64,000 bases of DNA from an uncultured Pseudomonadales bacterium (GTDB taxonomy: Bacteria > Patescibacteriota > Microgenomatia > UBA1400 > UBA12108): positions 70,024 through 134,023 of the forward strand of contig CAYFZD010000001.1 of assembly GCA_964347565.1 (NCBI GenBank), given 5' to 3'. Under the pieces are notes generated by a model. The model was not told where the DNA came from and searched no databases. It worked only from the letters and a program-made list of their open reading frames with translations. Below, one piece after another: positions 18,451 through 25,842 of this stretch (within the stretch, counting starts at the first letter, position 1; each line of letters begins with the position of its first letter). The position numbers and the translations under genes were made by a program.

Positions 18451-20378
18451 GCGAACCTGTCCTGAGTGAGGTCGAAGGAGTCGAACCAGAAATGGTAACT
18501 CTGGAAACACCCAAAAAATCTTGGTACAAGAAGCCCTGGCTTCTAGTTCTAATTTCTTTACTCGGATTTCTGATTTTTATCCTCATCTGGCTAGGGATTG
18601 CCGCCAAATCTACATATAGCAAGGTCACAGAAGCCACCTCGCACGCTAGCGCCATGATGAGCGCTTTTGAGGCACGTGATCTCGCTACGGCAAAATCTGA
18701 GCTAGAGAGTACCAAGCTCGCCCTTGAAAGCACCAAAAAATCCTGGAACACGACTGCCCCACTACGCCTCGTACCGCTTTTGGGTCTATATCTCAAAGAT
18801 GTCGAGCACGTTTTCCAAGCCGCCGACAAAGGTACTCAGATAGGGGATATGGTGATAGCGGCCATCGAACCCTACGCCGACATCATGGGGTTCACAGGCA
18901 CTTCTGGAGGAGAACTCCAGTTAGCCACAGCCGAGGACCGCATCATTTTTGTCGCAGAGACTGTGGAAAAACTCGCTCCGCAAATGGATCAAATCAGCGC
19001 CAAACTAAAAGAGATGAGTAGTGAATTCGAAGCGATCAACGAAAAACGCTACCCCAAGTCGCTCATGGGCAAATCAGTCAGAGAAAAGATCACTACTCTC
19101 AAATCAACCGTGGCTGGGGCTGCGGAGTCGCTTGGCCAATTCCAGCCGATCGTCAAACTTCTGCCCGATCTCCTAGGTAATCCTGACTCCAAAAAATACC
19201 TGATCATGTTCCAAAACGACGCCGAGCTCCGTCCCACCGGCGGATTCCTCACTGCCTATGCAACCATGAAAATCACCAAAGGCAAGATCGAGTCGGGTGT
19301 CTCTCAAGATATCTATACACTCGACGCCGGGTTCAAACGCAAAGTTCCGGCTCCTGATCCCATCAAAAAATATTTACCCCTAGTCTACAACTGGAACCTG
19401 CGCGACATGAATCTTTCCCCAGATTTTAAGAGCTCCATGGACACTTTCACTGGGTATATGAGTGAAGTTCCGGGGAGGCCCGACTTTGACGCTTTGATCG
19501 CAATCGATACCGAGGTCCCCGTGCGCATCCTCAAGGTTTTGGGTCCCATTGGGGTACCTGGATATGGGGGTAAATTCTCGGCCGAAATAGATCCTCGCTG
19601 TAACTGCCCTCAAGTTATTTATGAACTAGAAAACATTATCACTCGCCCCACCTACGAGATCCGCGAAGGGCGCAAGTCGATCCTGGGACCTCTCATGAAC
19701 TCCATGCTCGCCAATATGATGGGTAGCCCCAAGGCCAAATGGGCCGAATTTTTCAATATTTTTACAGAGAGTATTAAAGAGAAGCACCTCCTCATGTACT
19801 TCCGCGACGAAAGCAAGCAGAACGCCGTCGAGGTCTTGGGTGCGGCCGGTCGCATCAATGACTACGTGGGCGACTATCTCCACGTGAATGACACCAACTT
19901 TGCCGGTGCCAAGTCCAACATGTTTGTGACCCAAGAAGTCGAGCAAGTTGTCACAGTGAACACAGATGGCTCCCTGACCAAAAAATTGACCCTCACCTAC
20001 AAGAATCCCAGGGCGGGAGACAACTGCAATCTCGAGGCTGGTTTGCTATGTCTCAATGGCTTGTTGCGGGACTGGCAGCGGATTTATGTTCCTAAAGGTT
20101 CGGTCCTCAAGAGTGCCAAGGGGTATGAGCTCGACATGATCACGACCGAAGATCTGGGCAAAACTGTGTTTGAAGGATTCTTCACGCTTTCTCCCCAATC
20201 CGTCAAGAAACTCGAGGTAGAGTACACTGTCCCAGCTGGCACAGTGAGTGGAGACTACAAACTCCTGATCCAAAAACAGCCCGGCACCAAAGAGATCAAG
20301 ACTACAATTACCGTAGGATCAGCCAAACCCAAAGTCTACAACCTCAACTCCGACCAAGAGATTATTCTCCCTAGATAA
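18414..20378 (+). CDS. DUF4012-like membrane-anchored extracytoplasmic protein
   Basis: N-terminal TM helix then a large domain carrying the DAELRPTGGFLTAYATMKITKGK block I associate with DUF4012. It is coupled to the initiating transferase. The start could be ATG 18414 or 18492; the track begins at TTG 18393. Confidence 0.55.
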   Translation: MENSSSDDLQVVSEPVLSEVEGVEPEMVTLETPKKSWYKKPWLLVLISLLGFLIFILIWLGIAAKSTYSKVTEATSHASAMMSAFEARDLATAKSELESTKLALESTKKSWNTTAPLRLVPLLGLYLKDVEHVFQAADKGTQIGDMVIAAIEPYADIMGFTGTSGGELQLATAEDRIIFVAETVEKLAPQMDQISAKLKEMSSEFEAINEKRYPKSLMGKSVREKITTLKSTVAGAAESLGQFQPIVKLLPDLLGNPDSKKYLIMFQNDAELRPTGGFLTAYATMKITKGKIESGVSQDIYTLDAGFKRKVPAPDPIKKYLPLVYNWNLRDMNLSPDFKSSMDTFTGYMSEVPGRPDFDALIAIDTEVPVRILKVLGPIGVPGYGGKFSAEIDPRCNCPQVIYELENIITRPTYEIREGRKSILGPLMNSMLANMMGSPKAKWAEFFNIFTESIKEKHLLMYFRDESKQNAVEVLGAAGRINDYVGDYLHVNDTNFAGAKSNMFVTQEVEQVVTVNTDGSLTKKLTLTYKNPRAGDNCNLEAGLLCLNGLLRDWQRIYVPKGSVLKSAKGYELDMITTEDLGKTVFEGFFTLSPQSVKKLEVEYTVPAGTVSGDYKLLIQKQPGTKEIKTTITVGSAKPKVYNLNSDQEIILPR

Positions 20379-20423
20379 CTTTCTATCTTGCTATTTTCCA
20401 ATCTTGTGTTACTATAAGCCGAT

Positions 20424-20795
20424 ATGACAAAAGTTAAAGACCTAGTTCCCGGCAAAAGCTATGAAATTCGAGAGATTCACGCGCTTTCACCCCGGACAGA
20501 AAGTGATGTTAATCCTAAAATTCTAGTGTTCGCATGGTGCGATGGGAATACTATCGGAGCCTTCTCAGCTCCCATGTTTGACGTGGTGTGGGGTGATTTC
20601 AAAGTATCAGAAGTTGTGATACCAGAAGATCGAAAAAATGCAGCCACCCTCCGACTCCGACATGGGGATGTAGGAATCTATTATCATAGAGAAAAACTTC
20701 CAAGTGAAGCGCTAATATCCGGTAATTCAAATGCTCGAATAAAAGAAGATGCAATGTTCCTAGGGGCTGGTATTGGCGGAAATATCGTTTACTAA
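20424..20795 (+). CDS. hypothetical protein (123 aa, no recognisable family)
   Basis: Clean ORF with ATG in its own intergenic region, preceded by a TTGCTA-N16-TACTAT promoter-like element. It sits between two otherwise tightly coupled gene blocks. Confidence 0.5.
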   Translation: MTKVKDLVPGKSYEIREIHALSPRTESDVNPKILVFAWCDGNTIGAFSAPMFDVVWGDFKVSEVVIPEDRKNAATLRLRHGDVGIYYHREKLPSEALISGNSNARIKEDAMFLGAGIGGNIVY

Positions 20796-20812
20796 TAGGG
20801 TAAACTGTACAA

Positions 20813-21328
20813 GTGAAATACCAAAAACTCTCGGGTATCATCATCAATCGTCATGTAGTCAAAGACAACGATCGCTTCCTGACCATCTACACACAGGAGG
20901 AAGGTAAGATTTCGGTTTATGCTCGCGGTGTCCGGAGTGTCAAGTCCAAGCGGGGGAGCCAGCTAGATCTTTTCTCCCACATCAAGTTTGAACTTTTCGA
21001 AAAAAATGATCGTCTTACCTTGACTAGTGTCGAGCTCCTCGATGGTCACCACGTGAGCAAAAAGACTCTGGCTAATATCTCCCGCCTCTTCCAGATCGGC
21101 GAGCTCGTGGACAAGCTGACGCCAGAGCATGATCCCCACTACGAAGTTTACGACCTCCTAGTGACTGCTCTAGGTAATCTCTCTCGATTCGACACTCCCG
21201 AATACCTCCTGCGTTTCAAGAAAAAATTACTCCTGCACCTCGGCTACGGCGACTTCGAAGGTCAAGATATCGACATCTTCATCGACTCTCTCCTCACCCG
21301 TCCTCTCCGTGCTAAAATCAATTTATGA
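20813..21328 (+). CDS. recO: DNA repair protein RecO (short form)
   Basis: GTG start. The N-terminal OB-fold region (GIIINRHVVKDNDRFLTIYTQEEGKISVYARGVRS) matches RecO. It is 171 aa, shorter than canonical RecO. ATGA coupling to glyQS as in Bacillus synteny. Confidence 0.7.
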   Translation: MKYQKLSGIIINRHVVKDNDRFLTIYTQEEGKISVYARGVRSVKSKRGSQLDLFSHIKFELFEKNDRLTLTSVELLDGHHVSKKTLANISRLFQIGELVDKLTPEHDPHYEVYDLLVTALGNLSRFDTPEYLLRFKKKLLLHLGYGDFEGQDIDIFIDSLLTRPLRAKINL

Positions 21329-22698
21329 CCACGCTCGCCGATATCACCAGTCTCGCCAAACGCCGCGGTTTCCTCTTCCCCGGGAGCGAGCTCTATGGTG
21401 GCCTCGCCAACACTTGGGACTACGGTCCCCTCGGCGCCGAGCTCAAGAAAAAAATCAAAGACTTGTGGTGGAAATTTTTCATTACCGACCGCGAGGATAT
21501 GGTTGCCCTCGACAGTAGTGTCATCCTCCACTCTAAGGTGTGGGAGGCCTCTGGTCACGTCGCCAGTTTCGCCGATGCCATGGTCGACTGCAAGACTTGT
21601 CATAGCCGCACCCGAGCTGACCATCTCATCGAGGACGCACTGCAGATCAAAGTCGAGGGTCAGTCCCTCGCCGAGCTCTCCAAAATCATTAAAGATAACC
21701 AGATCAAATGTCCCTCCTGCGGCGGCACTGATCTGACCGATGCCCGCTCCTTCAACCTCCTCTTCCCCGTCCATCTGGGGATACTCGCCGAGACTGCCGA
21801 TCTCGCCTATCTGCGCGGTGAGACCGCCCAGGGGATCTTTATCAACTTCAAAAATATTACAGACTCTAGCCGTGTCAAACTGCCCTTTGGGGTCGGCCAG
21901 ATGGGTAAGAGCTTCCGCAACGAGATCACGAAGGGTCAGTCGATCTTCCGTACAGTGGAATTCGAGCAAGCCGAGATCGAATATTTCTTTAATCCCCAGA
22001 CTGAGAATTGGGAAAAACTCTTTGATCAGTGGCAGAATGCCATGAAAGGTTTTGTCATTTATACCTTGGGTATTCAAGAATCCAATCTGCGCATTCGCGA
22101 GCACGACGACCAAGAGCGCAGTTTCTACAGTAAAAAAACCGTCGACCTCGAATACAACTACCCCTTTGGTTTCAAAGAGCTCTGGGGGCTAGCCTATCGC
22201 ACCGATTACGACCTCGCTCAGCACGAGAAATTCTCAGGCAAAGATCTCCACTACACTGACCCCTTCACGGGGGAGAAGTACTTACCTCACGTCATCGAGC
22301 CAGCAGTCGGTATCGATCGCCTCGTGCTCATGGTCCTTTGTGATAGCTACTGGGAGGATATAGAGAATAAACGAGTTGTCCTCAAGCTAGCCCCTGTGCT
22401 CGCTCCCTACACCGCCGCCGTGTTCCCCCTCCTGCGCAACAAGGAAGAATTGGTAAGCAAGGCCAAGGATGTCTTTGACTCACTAAAAAAGTCATTTAGG
22501 ATTGCCTGGGATGACCGGGGTAACATCGGTAAAAGATATCTCTCCCAGGACGAGATGGGGACGCCATATTGCATCACCATCGATCACCAAACCCTCGAAG
22601 ACGCGACTGTGACCGTGCGTGACCGTGACACCACCAAACAAGAGCGAATCGCTATCTCTGGACTAGAAAAATATATTTCTGCTAAACTAAAGTCATGA
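21325..22698 (+). CDS. glyQS: glycine--tRNA ligase, dimeric alpha2 type
   Basis: MTTLADITSLAKRRGFLFPGSELYGGLANTWDYGPLG is the hallmark N-terminus of class II alpha2 GlyRS. Class II motifs lie further down. Confidence 0.95.
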   Translation: MTTLADITSLAKRRGFLFPGSELYGGLANTWDYGPLGAELKKKIKDLWWKFFITDREDMVALDSSVILHSKVWEASGHVASFADAMVDCKTCHSRTRADHLIEDALQIKVEGQSLAELSKIIKDNQIKCPSCGGTDLTDARSFNLLFPVHLGILAETADLAYLRGETAQGIFINFKNITDSSRVKLPFGVGQMGKSFRNEITKGQSIFRTVEFEQAEIEYFFNPQTENWEKLFDQWQNAMKGFVIYTLGIQESNLRIREHDDQERSFYSKKTVDLEYNYPFGFKELWGLAYRTDYDLAQHEKFSGKDLHYTDPFTGEKYLPHVIEPAVGIDRLVLMVLCDSYWEDIENKRVVLKLAPVLAPYTAAVFPLLRNKEELVSKAKDVFDSLKKSFRIAWDDRGNIGKRYLSQDEMGTPYCITIDHQTLEDATVTVRDRDTTKQERIAISGLEKYISAKLKS

Positions 22699-23489
22699 AA
22701 AAGTCTGCCCTTTTTTCCCTCCTTGCACTCGGACTGCTCATCGTCTTAGGAGTTTTCCTCTTCACCAAGAAGGCCTCCCCCCCCCAAACCGTGGAAGATG
22801 CCCGTCCTGACCTCCCCATCAACACCCTACCTCTGTCTGAGCGCCCCTTTGTGACTCTCTCTCCTGACTCCACAGGTCGCAGTTTGAGTATTGCGGTCTC
22901 CGGAGCACCTCAAGAGGGGAGCATGGAATACGAGCTGATCTATAACGCAAGCGGCAAGCAAGAAGGAGCGCTCGGCAGCATCTTCCTGGGTAGTGAGAAA
23001 CAACCCATTGTTAAATCGATTCTGTTGGGGAGCAAATCTGGTGGCGGCAAAGTCACCTATCACGAAGGTGTGACTGGGGGATCAATGACGCTCACCTATG
23101 CCACCACTCGCCTCAAAGAGAGTTGGAACTATCTCCACTTCGACCCCGCTGATCCCACCATTTCTTCGACCGATGCGCGCTTTAGCGTGACACTAACCAA
23201 GACTGCCCTGAAAAAAGATGCCGTCGTCATCACCATGAAAACTTTTGGCTATCCCAAAACTGGCTTGCCCGCCGAAGCCTTGGCGAAGGCGGGTCCCTAC
23301 GGCTATTTTACCCAGACACCGATTAAAGGCACTGCTCAGATCTCCCTGAAGCTCCCTGCGGGCCAGCACGTGAATCCCACTATCTACGGCTGGGACGGCA
23401 AGACTTGGTCCAAGCTCGCCACCAAACTCTCTGGCGACACTGTTTCTGCTTCTTCATCCTCCAGTGTCTTTCTCGTCACTGCGGAGTAA
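22695..23489 (+). CDS. secreted/membrane-anchored hypothetical protein
   Basis: N-terminal signal/anchor (MKKSALFSLLALGLLIVLGVFLF), Gly/Ser/Thr-rich beta-like body and a poly-Ser C-terminus. No family recognised. Confidence 0.55.
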   Translation: MKKSALFSLLALGLLIVLGVFLFTKKASPPQTVEDARPDLPINTLPLSERPFVTLSPDSTGRSLSIAVSGAPQEGSMEYELIYNASGKQEGALGSIFLGSEKQPIVKSILLGSKSGGGKVTYHEGVTGGSMTLTYATTRLKESWNYLHFDPADPTISSTDARFSVTLTKTALKKDAVVITMKTFGYPKTGLPAEALAKAGPYGYFTQTPIKGTAQISLKLPAGQHVNPTIYGWDGKTWSKLATKLSGDTVSASSSSSVFLVTAE

Positions 23490-23492
23490 ACT

Positions 23493-24110
23493 ATGAAATT
23501 CCTTATCATGCATGGCTCCTACGGATCTCCAGAGGAAAATTGGTTTCGCTGGTTAGAAAAAGAACTCAAGGGTCTGGGTCATCAAGTTATTCTCGATCAA
23601 TATCCCGTTGACGATTGGGAGACTGTAAACAAACTCGGCGCTGAAGGCATGGGGACATATGAGCCCGTCCAATCCCTATCTGTTTGGGATGACTTTTTTG
23701 TCAAAGCTACCTTACCCAAGATTGAGGGTGTGCCAGTAGTTTTCGTCGGCCACTCGATCGCACCTATTTTTATGCTCCACCTCCTACAAAAATATTCCTT
23801 CAAGCTCGCTGGCGCCATTTTGGTCGCCCCTTTCTTTAATATTCCTGACACTCCACCAGTGTGGCAGTTCTACCCACCCAACAAGACCTTCTATGGATAC
23901 GACTTCGATTTTGCCAAAATCAAATCCCAGCTAGGCAAATCCTACGTGGTCTACGGCGACGATGACCCCTATGTGCCTGCGACCGAGCCACCTCTATTTG
24001 CAAAGAAATTAGGAAGTGAAGTTCTCATTGTCCCAGGCGGCGGTCACTGCGGCGGTAAATTCAAAGAATTCCCCCGCATTCTCGACCTTTGTCAGAAACT
24101 TATTTCCTAG
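23493..24110 (+). CDS. alpha/beta-hydrolase-fold serine hydrolase, YdeN/RBBP9-like
   Basis: MKFLIMHGSYGSPEENWFRWL N-terminus and a nucleophile elbow VFVGHSIAP. The about 200-aa size matches the Ser_hydrolase (YdeN) family. Confidence 0.65.
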   Translation: MKFLIMHGSYGSPEENWFRWLEKELKGLGHQVILDQYPVDDWETVNKLGAEGMGTYEPVQSLSVWDDFFVKATLPKIEGVPVVFVGHSIAPIFMLHLLQKYSFKLAGAILVAPFFNIPDTPPVWQFYPPNKTFYGYDFDFAKIKSQLGKSYVVYGDDDPYVPATEPPLFAKKLGSEVLIVPGGGHCGGKFKEFPRILDLCQKLIS

Positions 24111-24178
24111 TCCCATAACTCTAATTTCGGGTCATGTTCGGTAAATAGCACAAACAGTATTTTCCTCGTACAAACTAG

Positions 24179-24207
24179 TTGACAACTGTATCAACTTAGT
24201 CTTAAAT
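24179..24207 (+). promoter_or_regulatory. sigma70-like promoter for the mraZ-led dcw operon (TTGACA-17 bp-TTAAAT)
   Basis: TTGACA at 24179-24184 and TTAAAT at 24202-24207, 35 nt upstream of the mraZ ATG, in the only sizeable intergenic gap (131 bp) of this region. Confidence 0.4.
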
Positions 24208-24214
24208 GAAATGA

Positions 24215-24229
24215 GTGGAAAAATGTGGG
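24215..24229 (+). promoter_or_regulatory. candidate MraZ boxes (GTGGA/GTGGG direct repeat, 10-bp register)
   Basis: GTGGA 24215-24219 and GTGGG 24225-24229 are spaced exactly 10 bp apart between the -10 element and mraZ. MraZ is known to bind GTGGG-type direct repeats in its own promoter. Confidence 0.35.
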
Positions 24230-24241
24230 AGATAGACTTAT

Positions 24242-24673
24242 ATGTTTGTAGGTACATATTATCATTTACTCGATGAGAAGAACCGTGTCTCGGTTCCCAA
24301 ATCATTTCGCACCGAGCTCACCCCTGGATCGATCATCACCAAAGGGCTCGACGGCTGTCTCTTTATCTTTACCGGTGAGTCCTGGAGCAAGCTGGTAGAA
24401 AAACTGCAGTCACTCCCACTCACGAGCAAGCCTGCCCGTGATTTCCTCCGTCTCCTCACTTACCACGCGTCTCCCCTGGACACAGACAAGCTCGGTCGCA
24501 CTCATCTCCCTCAAAACCTGATCGACTTGGCTGAGATCAAAAAAGACGTCGTCTTCGCCGGCGCTCTCAGCAGGGTTGAAATCTGGGATAAATCCACCTA
24601 CCACAACTACGTTGATGGTCTCGTCGCACAAGAGAGTGAGCTAGAGTCATCACTGTCGGAGCTAGGAATCTAA
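24242..24673 (+). CDS. mraZ: transcriptional regulator MraZ
   Basis: MFVGTYYHLLDEKNRVSVPKSFR, and duplicated DUF199 halves each with the (D/E)xxR motif. Confidence 0.9.
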   Translation: MFVGTYYHLLDEKNRVSVPKSFRTELTPGSIITKGLDGCLFIFTGESWSKLVEKLQSLPLTSKPARDFLRLLTYHASPLDTDKLGRTHLPQNLIDLAEIKKDVVFAGALSRVEIWDKSTYHNYVDGLVAQESELESSLSELGI

Positions 24674-24674
24674 T

Positions 24675-25559
24675 ATGCCATACCCACTCCACACCCCCGT
24701 CATGCTAGAGGAAGTCATGCACTACCTCGCCCCAGCGCCGGGCAAAAGATACATCGACGCCACCCTCGGCTACGCGGGCCACACGCTCGCTCTCCTCAAA
24801 TCAGGCGCCGAAGTCTCTGGCATTGACCGTGATCTCGACTTGCTCACCCTCGCCGTCGAGCGCGTCACCAAGGAGGGTTATCTGCCTCAATTTACCCCGA
24901 TTCATTCCGCCTTTTCTGAGGCCCTAGACAAAGATAAACATATTTTAGAGGGGAAATTCGACGGGATCTTATTTGACCTCGGTGTCTCTAGCTATCAGCT
25001 CGACACTCCCGAGCGAGGATTCTCTTTCCGCTTCGACGCACCCCTCGATATGCGCATGGACAAGCGTCTTGGGGTCACGGCCGGTGACCTCGTCAATGGC
25101 CTGGGCAAAAATGAACTCGTAGAGCTCTTTACCGTACTGGGTGAAGAGGGGAATGCTAAACGGATCGTCAACGAAATTTGTGACCGCCGTCTCAAACACA
25201 AGATCGAGTCGACTGAAGAACTCGCTAAACTAATCGAGAGTGTAGTCGGTCGCTCCCGCGGTATCCACCCCGCCACCAAAGTTTTCCAGGCACTTCGCAT
25301 GGCCGTCAATAGTGAGCGGGAAGAGCTCAAAGCCGCACTGCCCTCGGCTTTGAGCTATCTCAAAGAGGGAGGAGTCCTGGTCGCCATCTCTTTCCACTCT
25401 CTGGAGGATAAGATTGTCAAAAGTTGGATCAACAACTCTGAGTCCGCCGGCCAAGTCGAGTCTCTCACCAAGGGCGTAGTCGAGTCCTCTCCGGAGGAAA
25501 TAGCCAAGAACCCGCGCTCTCGCTCCGCCAAGTTGCGGGCGCTCAGGAGGCTCTCATGA
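24675..25559 (+). CDS. rsmH: 16S rRNA (cytosine1402-N4)-methyltransferase RsmH (MraW)
   Basis: HTPVMLEEV...YIDATLGYAGHT...LFDLGVSSYQLD...ISFHSLEDKIVK are canonical RsmH blocks. Confidence 0.95.
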   Translation: MPYPLHTPVMLEEVMHYLAPAPGKRYIDATLGYAGHTLALLKSGAEVSGIDRDLDLLTLAVERVTKEGYLPQFTPIHSAFSEALDKDKHILEGKFDGILFDLGVSSYQLDTPERGFSFRFDAPLDMRMDKRLGVTAGDLVNGLGKNELVELFTVLGEEGNAKRIVNEICDRRLKHKIESTEELAKLIESVVGRSRGIHPATKVFQALRMAVNSEREELKAALPSALSYLKEGGVLVAISFHSLEDKIVKSWINNSESAGQVESLTKGVVESSPEEIAKNPRSRSAKLRALRRLS

Positions 25560-25825
25560 AGCTGATTAAAATTCTCTCCGCTATCATAGTTCTCTTGGTT
25601 ATCACGAATGTCACGCTGACCAATCGCTCGGTAGAGGACGGATTGACGCTTACCCACCTCTCAAAAGATATCTCGCAACTACAAAACCAAAACACTATCC
25701 TGCGCGCTAAGATTGCCTCAGCTGGCGCTTTGACAGGGATCAAAGAAAAACTGCTCTTAGCAGGTTATACCGAATCCCCTCGAGTTGTCGCTCTACCAGA
25801 CAATTCTGCGGTTGCTTCTCGCTAG
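25556..25825 (+). CDS. ftsL: FtsL-like cell-division protein
   Basis: 89 aa with a single N-terminal TM followed by a coiled-coil-like segment. Position between rsmH and ftsI is conserved. Confidence 0.6.
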   Translation: MKLIKILSAIIVLLVITNVTLTNRSVEDGLTLTHLSKDISQLQNQNTILRAKIASAGALTGIKEKLLLAGYTESPRVVALPDNSAVASR

Positions 25826-25842
25826 TCTATATAATCATCATC

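Noticed and set aside
21262-22113. 283-aa minus-strand ORF antisense to glyQS
   Set aside because: It lies entirely within a very well-supported aminoacyl-tRNA synthetase gene. It has Gly/Glu-rich low-complexity translation typical of antisense frames in GC-rich coding DNA.
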